This document shows positions 16,626-25,793 of a stretch of DNA of 38,546 nucleotides, in pieces. Position numbers and translations under genes: made by a program. Source of the stretch: an uncultured Gammaproteobacteria bacterium (GTDB lineage Bacteria > Pseudomonadota > Gammaproteobacteria > JADZEE01). The stretch lies in contig CAZBOQ010000045.1 of NCBI GenBank assembly GCA_964493555.1, positions 1-38,546 of the forward strand, in the 5' to 3' direction. The stretch's first letter is position 1; each line of letters opens with the position of its first letter. A model generated the notes under the pieces. The model was given only the letters and a program-made list of their open reading frames with translations. It did not search any database and had not been told where the DNA came from.

Positions 16626-17807
16626 TCAGACTCTGGTGTTATCAAGCAATCCTACCATTGCCCATTCGTCTCCCTCGGACGATAGCCCAGCTAGTACTTT
16701 TCCACAATCTTGAAAAATCTTATTTGATGTTAAGACATGCTGGCGAGAGGCTTGAATATCACGAAAGCAGCGCTGTAACACACTAGGGCGGAGGGCTATC
16801 CCCCCACCGGCGTGATAAGCAAAATCTGCGGTTTGTACAGCAACGTCTTGTGAGTGAATGAAACAAGCACGCATGTGCGCGACTTGTTCTAAATTAAGCT
16901 GCTTTCCTTGTCCAAGGACGTAGTTAATCTCGTGCCATGTTTCATGCACATAGGCTCGCGCCGCGCTCAAGCTAGCTGAGGCGCGAGCGAAACCCAATTG
17001 GAAATGTGCATTTTCTCCGACCGTTCCAAGTAATCCCTTCTTCGAGCCTGCTATCGGGGCGATTTCGTCTAACGCTCGCTTGGCCACTCCTAATGCGAAT
17101 GATGTTTGACCAATTGCAGTCAATCCAATCATTCCAATTGAGAAAAAATTCCCACCACGTTTCGGCGTTGTGGTCTCTAGATTGTGACTTATGCGAGAGG
17201 GGACCAAAAGATCGTGTCCAGTGTAATCGTAGCTCCCAGTGGCGCGAAGACCGAGCGCTTGCCAGTCGTCAATCACTGTAAAAGAATCCCGGGGTACATT
17301 GAAGATGCGAATTTCTGGTATGCCGTTGGGTTGGAGTTTGAGTTTGTCACCCTGCATCACAAAACACCCGGTATGAACATAGTCGGCGTGCGAAATTCCT
17401 GAACCGTATTTCCAATCTCCGCTGATCCGGTAAGTGTCGGCTTCCAAAACTGCCTTCCCAGGAGGGAATCCAGCGCCGTGGATTAACGGTGCTGGCCCTT
17501 GGCGAAAGATTTCTCCCACTCCCTCATCAGTCAAGAATGCGCCAGCACATGCAATCTCTGCAACGCCAGCCACCAGGCACCATCCTGCCGAACCGTGTGC
17601 GTATGAGATGCGTGAAGCTACGTCTAAAAACGTCAGCGGGTCAGTTCCTAGCCCACCCAGTTCTATAGGCAAAAACATGTGATACAAGCCGGCTTCTCGC
17701 ATCGTGTGGACAGCCCGACTTGTCAGATTTCTCTCTGCTTCGCCTTGTTCCGCCTCTTCCTCTAAGACTGGACAGATTTCTATTGCGATGTCAGTAAGCT
17801 TTTTCAC
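16626..17807 (-). CDS. Acyl-CoA-dehydrogenase-fold flavin-dependent oxygenase/dehydrogenase; second paralogue in the window
   Basis: 393 aa with the same domain layout as the 4212-5375 product (...ELGGLGTD...HGSAGWC...ATGSYD...). Convergent with the cupin gene. Confidence 0.65.
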   Translation of the reverse strand: MKKLTDIAIEICPVLEEEAEQGEAERNLTSRAVHTMREAGLYHMFLPIELGGLGTDPLTFLDVASRISYAHGSAGWCLVAGVAEIACAGAFLTDEGVGEIFRQGPAPLIHGAGFPPGKAVLEADTYRISGDWKYGSGISHADYVHTGCFVMQGDKLKLQPNGIPEIRIFNVPRDSFTVIDDWQALGLRATGSYDYTGHDLLVPSRISHNLETTTPKRGGNFFSIGMIGLTAIGQTSFALGVAKRALDEIAPIAGSKKGLLGTVGENAHFQLGFARASASLSAARAYVHETWHEINYVLGQGKQLNLEQVAHMRACFIHSQDVAVQTADFAYHAGGGIALRPSVLQRCFRDIQASRQHVLTSNKIFQDCGKVLAGLSSEGDEWAMVGLLDNTRV

Positions 17808-17862
17808 GTGTCATCAGGATTCTCTGGAAGGAACTTTTATCGAAACGTCTGGCACAACTTAC

Positions 17863-19542
17863 CTATGGGTAAAGGGACTGTAGTGGATCTAGGACAGTGC
17901 TGGTTCGCTTTGCGCTGAGTTTGCTCTCGCTTTGGAGCGCTTGCCAAAGGTTTTGACCGTCGAAATGGCCGACAGCTCTACCATATAGGGCAGTATTCAA
18001 CACGGTGATTTCCTTTTGTAGTTCTACGCCGCAGAGCTGGCCAAGGTCTCCGAGACTTCGCGGGGGGGTAGCCGGAAAACGGTACTCTCCCCATTCTAAC
18101 AAGCTGGCTTTCAGCGGTTGCAATTCACCGCTTTCGCACAGGCGCCTAATTGTCTTAAGGTCAATTTTGGACCGATTATTGTCTGCGTAGGTCTTTTCTG
18201 TGCTATCCCGACGACTGGTCCACCACCAGAGCCCCAGCGTCCCAAACCACGCCAGCGTAAGTCCGAGCGTGACGAAAAACCATTGGCGCGACTGGGTAAA
18301 GTCTCTCGTTACCGTGGCGGTTTCTACCTGCTCGGACGATGTTGGTTCCGGGTCTATAGTAAGGGGGAGTGGGGCCGGGATATTGAGCTGACGGCTCGGT
18401 AGACGCGCGACTTCCAACCGATCGGTCGTCGTGTTCCACCAGGGTATTGCTAACTCCGGGATGAGGAGCTTCCCAGCCTCAACCGGTACAAGTGCGAGTT
18501 TCTCCTGGCGATGGCCGTGCAGACCGGCAGTGTCCTTACGATTATTGAGTGTTGGTTGGTCGGGATACTGGCGTATGGAGCGGAGACTTGGTGCGGTCAT
18601 GAGCTCGGGTAGTTGGCTGGCTGTTAGCCCTGCGGCGATGAGTGCGACAGTTCGAGTGACTGGCTCGCCGATACGCATTTGCTCGGGCTCGGATGACCAA
18701 GTTTCTCGCAGTTCCAGGTCTTCGGCGGGCAACCAGACGGGGCCCGGGAATTCCGGAGGTATCGCCTTCACGTCAACTTCGAGAGCTACCGAACGCACCC
18801 GGCGTACAGGCCCAGCGGTATTGAACCCAAAGACTGAGCGGCGCCCGCTCATGATCTGCCCCTGTAAGGTGATAGGTTTGAATTTTAACGTGCCGCTACG
18901 CTGCGGGAACACGGCGTAACGGCGCTCGATCACGTCGTAAATTCTCCCATTGTGGCGTTGCCGAAAGGTGCGGTCGTCACCTAGTTTCTCGATCAAAGCA
19001 TCCCCGACGGCGAGCTCAAGGTTAGTGAGATTTGCGTTGGTCAATTCCACGATCCGGAGGATGCGGACGATGTAGAGCACTTGTGCCTGTACGTATGCCG
19101 TTGTGGGGGTTACTTCGACTTCAAGTAACAGCTCTGGATGTGTTACCGCCCCCGATTGAACGGCGCTGGCAGGAAGCACAGTGATAGGCAACGCAGGACT
19201 GGCATCGCGACCGAAATATATAGGTGGGATAATCATGTTCCCTACCCGCCGCGGTATCAGGCTTACCGTCCAAGAGGTGGAATGGGCCGCAATACCATTG
19301 CGATAGCTGTAACTGCTATTGTGGCTCGGTGTGCCTATCATCTCGAAATCGTTACGTAGTGGACTAAAGTCGGGTTGGGCATCGATCTTGTTTTTAGCTT
19401 CGAAGGTCAATTGGAATGATTCGCTGAGATAAGCCGGATCGGGATCAGCGAAAACCGTTATCTCGGCGGCAATTGAGAATGGCAGCCAACAGTTAACGAT
19501 AAAAGTACCGATGCAAATGTTTCGCCAAAAACCCGTCACCAC
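17863..19542 (-). CDS. batD: BatD-family protein (oxygen-tolerance family)
   Basis: 559 aa with a GTG start that overlaps the batB stop. N-terminal signal sequence, large extracytoplasmic region, one C-terminal TM helix (WFFVTLGLTLAWFGTLGLWWW) and a cytoplasmic tail. Last gene of the bat-type operon. Confidence 0.7.
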   Translation of the reverse strand: MVTGFWRNICIGTFIVNCWLPFSIAAEITVFADPDPAYLSESFQLTFEAKNKIDAQPDFSPLRNDFEMIGTPSHNSSYSYRNGIAAHSTSWTVSLIPRRVGNMIIPPIYFGRDASPALPITVLPASAVQSGAVTHPELLLEVEVTPTTAYVQAQVLYIVRILRIVELTNANLTNLELAVGDALIEKLGDDRTFRQRHNGRIYDVIERRYAVFPQRSGTLKFKPITLQGQIMSGRRSVFGFNTAGPVRRVRSVALEVDVKAIPPEFPGPVWLPAEDLELRETWSSEPEQMRIGEPVTRTVALIAAGLTASQLPELMTAPSLRSIRQYPDQPTLNNRKDTAGLHGHRQEKLALVPVEAGKLLIPELAIPWWNTTTDRLEVARLPSRQLNIPAPLPLTIDPEPTSSEQVETATVTRDFTQSRQWFFVTLGLTLAWFGTLGLWWWTSRRDSTEKTYADNNRSKIDLKTIRRLCESGELQPLKASLLEWGEYRFPATPPRSLGDLGQLCGVELQKEITVLNTALYGRAVGHFDGQNLWQALQSESKLSAKRTSTVLDPLQSLYP

Positions 19543-21407
19543 GGATCTCCGTCGTAGTCGGTTTCTGCCTCTTGGTGACGGTATTGATATAAAAACTTCT
19601 GTCGTAACAGCCTGCCTGGGTCATCGGGGATGCGGCGTAACCACTGCTTGGTCGCCTGTTGTTCCTCGGTCTGGGCGGGCTGGGCTTCAGTCATTAACTG
19701 CTCGGATTTACGGGGGGCGTCTGTGTGCTTTCCCTGATCTTTCTTATCTTTTCCTCCCATTTCCTGCTCAGGCCTGTCAGATGATCCTTGTCGGTCTGTT
19801 TGTTGCTCAGCATCTGTGAGTTGTCGGTTAGGTGCCTTCGATAGCTGGTCATCAGCGGGTTTTGCGTTGTGCCCGTTTTGCTGCTTGTTATTTTCTCCAG
19901 CGCTCGTACTGCGCTGGCTTGGTGAATCGTCTCCGGATTGCTGGTTTGGTTGGGGATCTTTTCCTTGCGATCCTTGTTGTCCTTGGGGAGGCTGTTGCTG
20001 TTTATTGTTGTTATCTCCTTCGGGTTGTTGTTGTTGGAGGAGGTTCTGCAGCAGATCGTGGTTGAATTTGGCATCCTCATGGTCCGGTTGATCCGTCAAA
20101 ATCTGTTTGTAGTGTTCGATTGCTTCGTTGTATCGGCCGAGCCGAGCCAGCGCGTTACCGCGGTTATACAAGGCCACGCCCGCATCAACAGTGGTGAGGG
20201 TTTCTGCAGCGCTGGCATAGTCACCAGCACGGTATTGGGCCACGGCTTTCCACTCCGGATCCTCGAATAGTTCACCGGCACGGACTGATTGTCCTTCCCG
20301 TAAGGACCGATACCCACGTTGGTCGGCATTCAGCCACAACGAAGACCATTCAAAAATAGAGTTTTGCTCCTGGGCATGCGTATCGAAGGGTAGGTGTAAG
20401 GCCAACACAACTGCTACCAGACGTCCTCGACGAAAGACCATCATGGCAAACGGTAGTAGTGTCATTACCAGCCATGGTCCTGCCTCGCGCCATTGTTCAC
20501 TGTGCAACTCGGTCGCCTGTTCATTACCACGCTGCATGGTAGTCTCGAAAAACGCCTGCAGTGTTTCGAAATCCCGATTGTCCAATGTCATACGTTGATA
20601 TTTGCCATTCGTTCGGGCGGCAAGAAGACTGAGTTCCGATTCCTCGAGACTAGTCAAGGCGATAGCACCATCGTTCCCGGTCACAAAGCCACTATCCAAC
20701 GCGGGGATGGGTGCGCCTTCGAGACTGCCGGCCCCGAGCACAGAAACTCTGAGTCGTCCTGCTCGTGCCTGTTCGACCAGAGTATCGATATCAACACCAG
20801 CGAGTCCATCTGTAACGAGCAATAAGTCCCCGCGCGTCGCGCCAGCCTGTTGCAACAGAGTTACGGCTGCTTCAATCGCTGTACGCGGGTCACTACCGGT
20901 GGTTGGCATTAGCTCGGTGGTCAACGCTGGCAAATGGGCATTTATGGTTTCGACGTCATCAGTCAACGGTGTGACCGTGTACGCGCGCGTAGCGAAAACA
21001 ATGAGCGCGGTCTGACCATCTTTACGTAGATTTAAAAGATCGGCAATTTTGAACCGTGCTCGGCCAAGGCGGCTTGGCTTCGCATCGCTTGCATTCATCG
21101 AGGCAGACAGATCGAGAGCAATCACCAATGCTTCAGGATTTCTGAAAACGGGCTCTGGTAGCCGTTCCCAAGTTGGGCCAGCGAGAGCCGTTATGGAGAG
21201 TATGCCAGCGCAACCCAATGCGATTGCAGACCGTTTTCCGGGATTCGGGTCACGATCACGAAGAATATAGGGCAACAAACCCTCATCACAAACGGCTCGC
21301 CAGGCACCGGTTTGCGAGCGCCGACGTAGGAACATCCATAGCAGAGCGGCTCCAGGTAGGGTTGCCAAGAACCACAGTGGACGAATGAAATGGAAATCTT
21401 CGATCAT
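19536..21407 (-). CDS. batB: VWA-domain plus TPR fusion protein (BatB/BatC-like) with a long low-complexity tail
   Basis: The track ORF extends to 21491, but ATG 21407 (MIEDFHFIRPLWF...) gives the usual 4-nt ATGA overlap with the batA stop. N-terminal TM helices, MIDAS motif ALDLSASM, a further TM segment, TPR-like segment (ALYNRGNALARLGRYNEAIEHY), and a Q/N/P/D-rich tail. Confidence 0.8.
   Translation of the reverse strand: MIEDFHFIRPLWFLATLPGAALLWMFLRRRSQTGAWRAVCDEGLLPYILRDRDPNPGKRSAIALGCAGILSITALAGPTWERLPEPVFRNPEALVIALDLSASMNASDAKPSRLGRARFKIADLLNLRKDGQTALIVFATRAYTVTPLTDDVETINAHLPALTTELMPTTGSDPRTAIEAAVTLLQQAGATRGDLLLVTDGLAGVDIDTLVEQARAGRLRVSVLGAGSLEGAPIPALDSGFVTGNDGAIALTSLEESELSLLAARTNGKYQRMTLDNRDFETLQAFFETTMQRGNEQATELHSEQWREAGPWLVMTLLPFAMMVFRRGRLVAVVLALHLPFDTHAQEQNSIFEWSSLWLNADQRGYRSLREGQSVRAGELFEDPEWKAVAQYRAGDYASAAETLTTVDAGVALYNRGNALARLGRYNEAIEHYKQILTDQPDHEDAKFNHDLLQNLLQQQQPEGDNNNKQQQPPQGQQGSQGKDPQPNQQSGDDSPSQRSTSAGENNKQQNGHNAKPADDQLSKAPNRQLTDAEQQTDRQGSSDRPEQEMGGKDKKDQGKHTDAPRKSEQLMTEAQPAQTEEQQATKQWLRRIPDDPGRLLRQKFLYQYRHQEAETDYDGDPW
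19650..20040 (-). other. Low-complexity Q/N/P/D/K-rich coding segment inside the BatB/C-like gene
   Basis: Encodes ...LQQQQPEGDNNNKQQQPPQGQQGSQGKDPQPNQQSGDDSPSQRS...EQQTDRQGSSDRPEQEMGGKDKKDQGK...TEEQQAT. On the + strand it appears as GTTGTTGTTG and CTG/TTG-rich DNA. Confidence 0.8.
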
Positions 21408-22405
21408 CGCTGTGTCGTTTGTTGCAACGTGCCACGAGAGTCGCCGAACAGAAGGTAGACACCGAGCAATAGAGCTATGAATAATGGCCAAGGATAAAGA
21501 TTGGTGCGCGGACGGTAGAACTGTGGATCCTGAGTGACTGGTTCTAATTTATCGAGATTTAGATAAATGCTTTCTAACTCTTGGGTATCTCGCGCACGAA
21601 AATATCTGCCGCCAGTTGCGTCAGCGATCGACGTTAACATTTCTTCGTCGAGATCCGCAGATGGGTTGACCCTGCGATTACCGAACAGACTTCTCGTCAC
21701 CATCTCATCGGCACCGATGCCTATTGTGTATATTTTCAATCCAGCCTTCGCCGCCAGCTCTGCTGCCCGCACTGGTTCAATTACCCCAGCAGTGTTGGCC
21801 CCATCGGTCATCAGGATCAAGACTTTGTCGGCATTCTCTATGTCGCGATAACGCTTAACGGCTAGGCCGATAGCATCACCAATTGCGGTGGCCTTACCAA
21901 CCAATCCGAGCACCGCCTCGTCCAGTAACTCTTCCACCGTATGCCGGTCGAAAGTTAATGGAACTTGGAGATAAGCTTGGTCGGCAAACAAAATTAGACC
22001 GATACGATCACCTGTGCGACGATTGATAAAATTATTTGCGACCAATTTGGTTGCGGCCAGACGATCGATTGTTCGGCCGCCAGTTTGGAAATCAGTTTCC
22101 CGCATGCTTTCGGAAAGATCTACTGCCAACATTAGATCTCTGCCAGTAATCGGCAAGGCGATAGGCTCGCCTAACCACTGCGGACGCGCAGCTGAGGCAA
22201 TCAATAACGCCCACGCGATCGATGCAACGAACAAAAAACGACGACGGAAATGGTTTGGGTTTTTTCCTGCTTCGAGGTCCGCGAAATCTTCTACGAAAGG
22301 AATTCGTAGCGTTGCAACCCCCCGGGTCACGGCAGGCAACATTTTGCGCGCCAATACCGGTGCCGGTAACAGCACGCCCATCCACGCCCATTCGAAATAG
22401 ATCAT
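21404..22405 (-). CDS. batA: VWA-domain membrane protein (BatA-like)
   Basis: 333 aa. N-terminal TM helices, MIDAS motif AVDLSESM, a VWA core (LILMTDGANT) and a C-terminal TM helix. The ATG overlaps the DUF4381 stop. Confidence 0.85.
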   Translation of the reverse strand: MIYFEWAWMGVLLPAPVLARKMLPAVTRGVATLRIPFVEDFADLEAGKNPNHFRRRFLFVASIAWALLIASAARPQWLGEPIALPITGRDLMLAVDLSESMRETDFQTGGRTIDRLAATKLVANNFINRRTGDRIGLILFADQAYLQVPLTFDRHTVEELLDEAVLGLVGKATAIGDAIGLAVKRYRDIENADKVLILMTDGANTAGVIEPVRAAELAAKAGLKIYTIGIGADEMVTRSLFGNRRVNPSADLDEEMLTSIADATGGRYFRARDTQELESIYLNLDKLEPVTQDPQFYRPRTNLYPWPLFIALLLGVYLLFGDSRGTLQQTTQR

Positions 22406-22905
22406 GCGTGCGGCGTGGCCATTGTTTCGACCCAGGCTTGTACGGTATCGATTAGATCGTGAACATTGAAGTCGCTATCACCGCGAAATACACCGATCGT
22501 TAGTAACTCACCAGACCTACCGCTCACCTCAGCGGATTCGGTCTGTAACCCGAGGAACTCTCGCCATGCAACCCCATGTAATGCCGCGATCTCGGTACGA
22601 CTGGGTTGGTTAGGTTCATCAGCTCGACTGAGGGCCACTCTGCGAAGCAGTTCAGAGAGTTCTTGAAGTACTCGGTGGGGATCGGGACGTCGGGAGTGTC
22701 TAGTGCGAATTCGCCCTATTTCCTCAAGGGCACGAGCACGCAAACGGAGGCGGGCGCGGCGGCGCTGTAGCAACACGGTAGCGATCAAAGCAGTGGTTGC
22801 GAGCAAGGCTAATCCCCACCAACCCGGCGCGAATGGCCACCAATCCAATGCGTTCGGCAGGTGTATGTCGCGTAGCGGCAACAAGGCTGACTCCATCGGG
22901 TCCAT
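22402..22905 (-). CDS. DUF4381-type small membrane protein
   Basis: 167 aa. PFAPGWWGLALLATTALIATVLL TM helix followed by an Arg-rich helix. It has the conserved position between the DUF58 and BatA genes. Confidence 0.6.
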   Translation of the reverse strand: MDPMESALLPLRDIHLPNALDWWPFAPGWWGLALLATTALIATVLLQRRRARLRLRARALEEIGRIRTRHSRRPDPHRVLQELSELLRRVALSRADEPNQPSRTEIAALHGVAWREFLGLQTESAEVSGRSGELLTIGVFRGDSDFNVHDLIDTVQAWVETMATPHA

Positions 22906-22915
22906 GGCTTATCTG

Positions 22916-23839
22916 TCAACGTGCCTGATTGAGCCTTCGACGTAGCACCGCTGCCGGCGAGGTATCGGTGGAGATTTCCAACCACCGAAGCCCTAGACTC
23001 CGAGAGATCGCGTGGAGACGACGCTGATGCTCGATAAAGCGTTCCGTGTAACGCTGAACTGCCGCTTTATTACCAGTATCCAAATCCAACACCCGGCTGT
23101 CGTTGCCCACCCGATAACGACCCGGCGGAGGCAGCGCTTTCTCCAACCGGTCATAGATGAATATCAGCATCACTTCGTTGTGTTGGGCAAGTCGTGCAAG
23201 TTCACGCTGTGCCGAGTCGACTAAGCCACGAAAATCGCTGATGAGGAAGATCAGACTGCCGGGTTTTGCCACACGGCGCAGACGTGATAGCGCGTGTTTT
23301 CCAGGGTCCGCAGCAGTTGAAGCCGATAATTCAGAGGTTTCAAATCCGGCGTGGAGTCGTTTGAGGAAATGCAGCACCGCCGCTTTGCCGCGACCAGGTT
23401 TCAACTCTTCATGACTATCGGCAGTGAATACTAGACCGCCGACCAGATCATTGGCAGCCCCTGCACTCCAGGCGAGTAATCCTGCCGTTTGCGCAGCCAC
23501 AACCGACTTGAATACTCCACGGGTAGCAAAGAACATTCCCGGGCGTAGATCATCCCATAATAGTACCGGCCGCGCGCGGTCTGCGCGAAACATCTTGGTA
23601 TACGGCTGTCCAGTTCTGGCGGTGACCTTCCAGTCAAGATGGCGCATATCATCACCGAGCTGGTATGGACGCACTTCGTCGAATTCCATACCGCGACCTT
23701 TGAATCCCGAGACATATGCACCGCTCTGCCGGGCCTGCGGTTGCTGCGCCCTAAGTGATATTTCTCGGGCCGGTCCCGCTAGTTTGATGAGTTCGGGAAC
23801 GGTGACCCGGGTGGGATCAGCGAACGGTATTTCCTTCAT
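22916..23839 (-). CDS. DUF58-domain protein (VWA-like partner of MoxR)
   Basis: The track ORF extends to 23875. ATG 23839 (MKEIPF...) gives an ATGA overlap with the moxR stop. Signature EFDEVRPYQLGDDMRHLDWKVTAR. Confidence 0.8.
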   Translation of the reverse strand: MKEIPFADPTRVTVPELIKLAGPAREISLRAQQPQARQSGAYVSGFKGRGMEFDEVRPYQLGDDMRHLDWKVTARTGQPYTKMFRADRARPVLLWDDLRPGMFFATRGVFKSVVAAQTAGLLAWSAGAANDLVGGLVFTADSHEELKPGRGKAAVLHFLKRLHAGFETSELSASTAADPGKHALSRLRRVAKPGSLIFLISDFRGLVDSAQRELARLAQHNEVMLIFIYDRLEKALPPPGRYRVGNDSRVLDLDTGNKAAVQRYTERFIEHQRRLHAISRSLGLRWLEISTDTSPAAVLRRRLNQAR

Positions 23840-24867
23840 GGCACGGCAATACGTTTCAGAAGTTCCGTAATGCATTGATCGTTGCTGATCCCTTCCGCTT
23901 GGGCTTCGTAGCTCAAAATGATCCGATGGCGTAACACATCAGCGACAATACTCTGTACGTCCTCGGGCGCCACATAATCACGCTTTGCAAGCCAAGCATG
24001 AGCCCGCGCACAGCGGTCGAGAGCAATGCTCGCGCGGGGACTTGCGCCATATTCGACCCAGCCACCCAGGAGTTCGTCATAGGCCCCGGGGTTTCGCGTG
24101 GCCAGTACTATATTTAAGATGTAACGTTCGAGTGGGCCAGACATATGGATGTCCAAGACCTCGCGACGCGCATCCAAAATGTGTTGCTGGCTCATCTGTG
24201 GGGACTCGTTTGCCATTGGGCCGTCGTCCGACAGCGCTTCGGCGCGAGCGAGTTTCAGAATCTCCATCTCCTCATCCTCGCCGGGGTAATGGATAGCAAC
24301 GTGCATTAGGAAACGATCTAGCTGGGCTTCCGGAAGAGGGTAGGTGCCCTCCTGTTCGATGGGATTCTGCGTCGCCATGACCAAAAACAGCGAAGGTAAG
24401 TCATACGTTTGACGACCAACCGTGATCTGACGCTCCGCCATGGCTTCGAGCAACGCTGATTGAACCTTTGCGGGTGCCCGGTTAATCTCGTCTGCGAGCA
24501 CGAGGTTATGGAAAAGCGGACCTTGCTGAAAAGCAAAACTTCCGTCTTGGGGGCGATAGATATCGGTACCGGTAAGATCTGCGGGCAATAGGTCGGGGGT
24601 AAATTGAACCCGATGGAAGTCCGCATCTAGGCCAGCGCTCAGAATCTTGATGGCACGCGTTTTAGCGAGACCAGGTGCTCCCTCCACCAATAGATGGCCA
24701 TCGGCGAGCAACGCGATCATTAGTCTATTGACCAACAATTTCTGACCAATGATGAATTCGCCGACAAAGTTATGTAAGTTGTCGAAAGCGGTTCTCGCCG
24801 GGGTTCTCGATATGACCGCAGCTGCCTGGTTGGTGTTGGTATTTGTTGCTTCCATTATGTAAGTCAC
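23836..24867 (-). CDS. MoxR-family AAA+ ATPase
   Basis: 343 aa. Walker A GAPGLAKT, Walker B LVLADEINRAPAK, and length and order typical of MoxR. First gene of the operon. Confidence 0.9.
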   Translation of the reverse strand: MTYIMEATNTNTNQAAAVISRTPARTAFDNLHNFVGEFIIGQKLLVNRLMIALLADGHLLVEGAPGLAKTRAIKILSAGLDADFHRVQFTPDLLPADLTGTDIYRPQDGSFAFQQGPLFHNLVLADEINRAPAKVQSALLEAMAERQITVGRQTYDLPSLFLVMATQNPIEQEGTYPLPEAQLDRFLMHVAIHYPGEDEEMEILKLARAEALSDDGPMANESPQMSQQHILDARREVLDIHMSGPLERYILNIVLATRNPGAYDELLGGWVEYGASPRASIALDRCARAHAWLAKRDYVAPEDVQSIVADVLRHRIILSYEAQAEGISNDQCITELLKRIAVP

Positions 24868-25233
24868 TCTGGCATAACTCTGACAGATGAGAAACGCCAG
24901 AGTTCGCGATAAAAGTTGGCTATTTTACGCTAAAATTCAACCCGAGGAGCACCGTTATGTTGGCGTAAGACTCCTCGACAGAACTAACCGAACGCGGCTG
25001 CGCCAAAGTGTCGTTGAACGTGATGGACATATCGGTGTTCGTTAACCAACGGTCGATCTTATCGAGTTTATTACAGGGTCCTCGAATGGGCGGTACTGTC
25101 CATGTTCTTGGTGCTATGCGATACGAACTAAACCTCGTTCTGAATTCAACGGGTCTGATCACAAGCAGGAACCCTCATCCTGACACCGTTTTTGCTATGC
25201 TTACCTCACTGCAGATCAACCTGGAGTTAAACA

Positions 25234-25788
25234 ATGACGTTCCCCAGTAAAAGTGCACCACCGTTACAGGGTCTACACCACGCAGCTTATCGTTGCAGAG
25301 ATTCCGAGGAAACTCGAGTGTTTTACGAGGACAAACTCGGTTTTCCACTGATCGCTGCTTTTGAAGGTAAGGAGCTTCCGAGTAGCAAGATGCCGGTCAA
25401 ATTTCTGCATACGTTCTTCGATATCGGCAGTCACTCGGATATTGCCGAGGAGAACAATCACATCGCATTTTTCGAGGTCCCGGATCATCCGTTCGAATTC
25501 TCTACCCAATGGGGCTTGGATCTCCATTTCGCGATGCGAGTACCGGATCACGCCGCTCTAGCCGGATGGAAAAAACACCTCACGGAGCAGGGGGTTGAAT
25601 GGCGAGGGCCAGTGGATCATGATATCTGTTCCTCCATTTATTTCCCTGATCCCAACGGCTACCTGTTGGAATTTGCCGCCGAAAACGCCAGTGAAAAGAA
25701 AGTGTTCGACCAACACAGGCGCGATGCAAAAAGACATATGCGAGCCTGGAATAAAGCGAAAAGAACTGCGAGGGAGGAGACAGCGTAA
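25234..25788 (+). CDS. VOC (glyoxalase/bleomycin-resistance/dioxygenase) family protein
   Basis: 184 aa. LHHAAYRCRDSEETRVFYEDKLGF is a typical VOC first beta-alpha-beta-beta-beta module, and a second module carries ...HFAMRV... Function unknown. Confidence 0.7.
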   Translation: MTFPSKSAPPLQGLHHAAYRCRDSEETRVFYEDKLGFPLIAAFEGKELPSSKMPVKFLHTFFDIGSHSDIAEENNHIAFFEVPDHPFEFSTQWGLDLHFAMRVPDHAALAGWKKHLTEQGVEWRGPVDHDICSSIYFPDPNGYLLEFAAENASEKKVFDQHRRDAKRHMRAWNKAKRTAREETA

Positions 25789-25793
25789 GGTTG

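Noticed and set aside
21408-21491. 28-codon N-terminal extension of the BatB/C-like ORF, and the analogous 12-codon extension of the DUF58 ORF at 23840-23875
   Set aside because: Each extension would overlap the upstream gene by 88 nt or 40 nt. Internal ATGs give the 4-nt ATGA coupling seen elsewhere in the operon and start at the expected N-terminal TM or conserved region.
24866-24902. Overlapping 7-bp inverted repeats at the 5' end of moxR (CTCTGGC...GCCAGAG and AACTCTG...CAGAGTT)
   Set aside because: The stems are short and the loops long (15-21 nt). There is no supporting conservation information, so they could easily arise by chance.
25789-25793. Convergent VOC and rlmKL genes separated by only 5 bp with no terminator hairpin
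   Set aside because: Unusual but not informative from sequence alone. Terminators may lie within the opposing coding regions.
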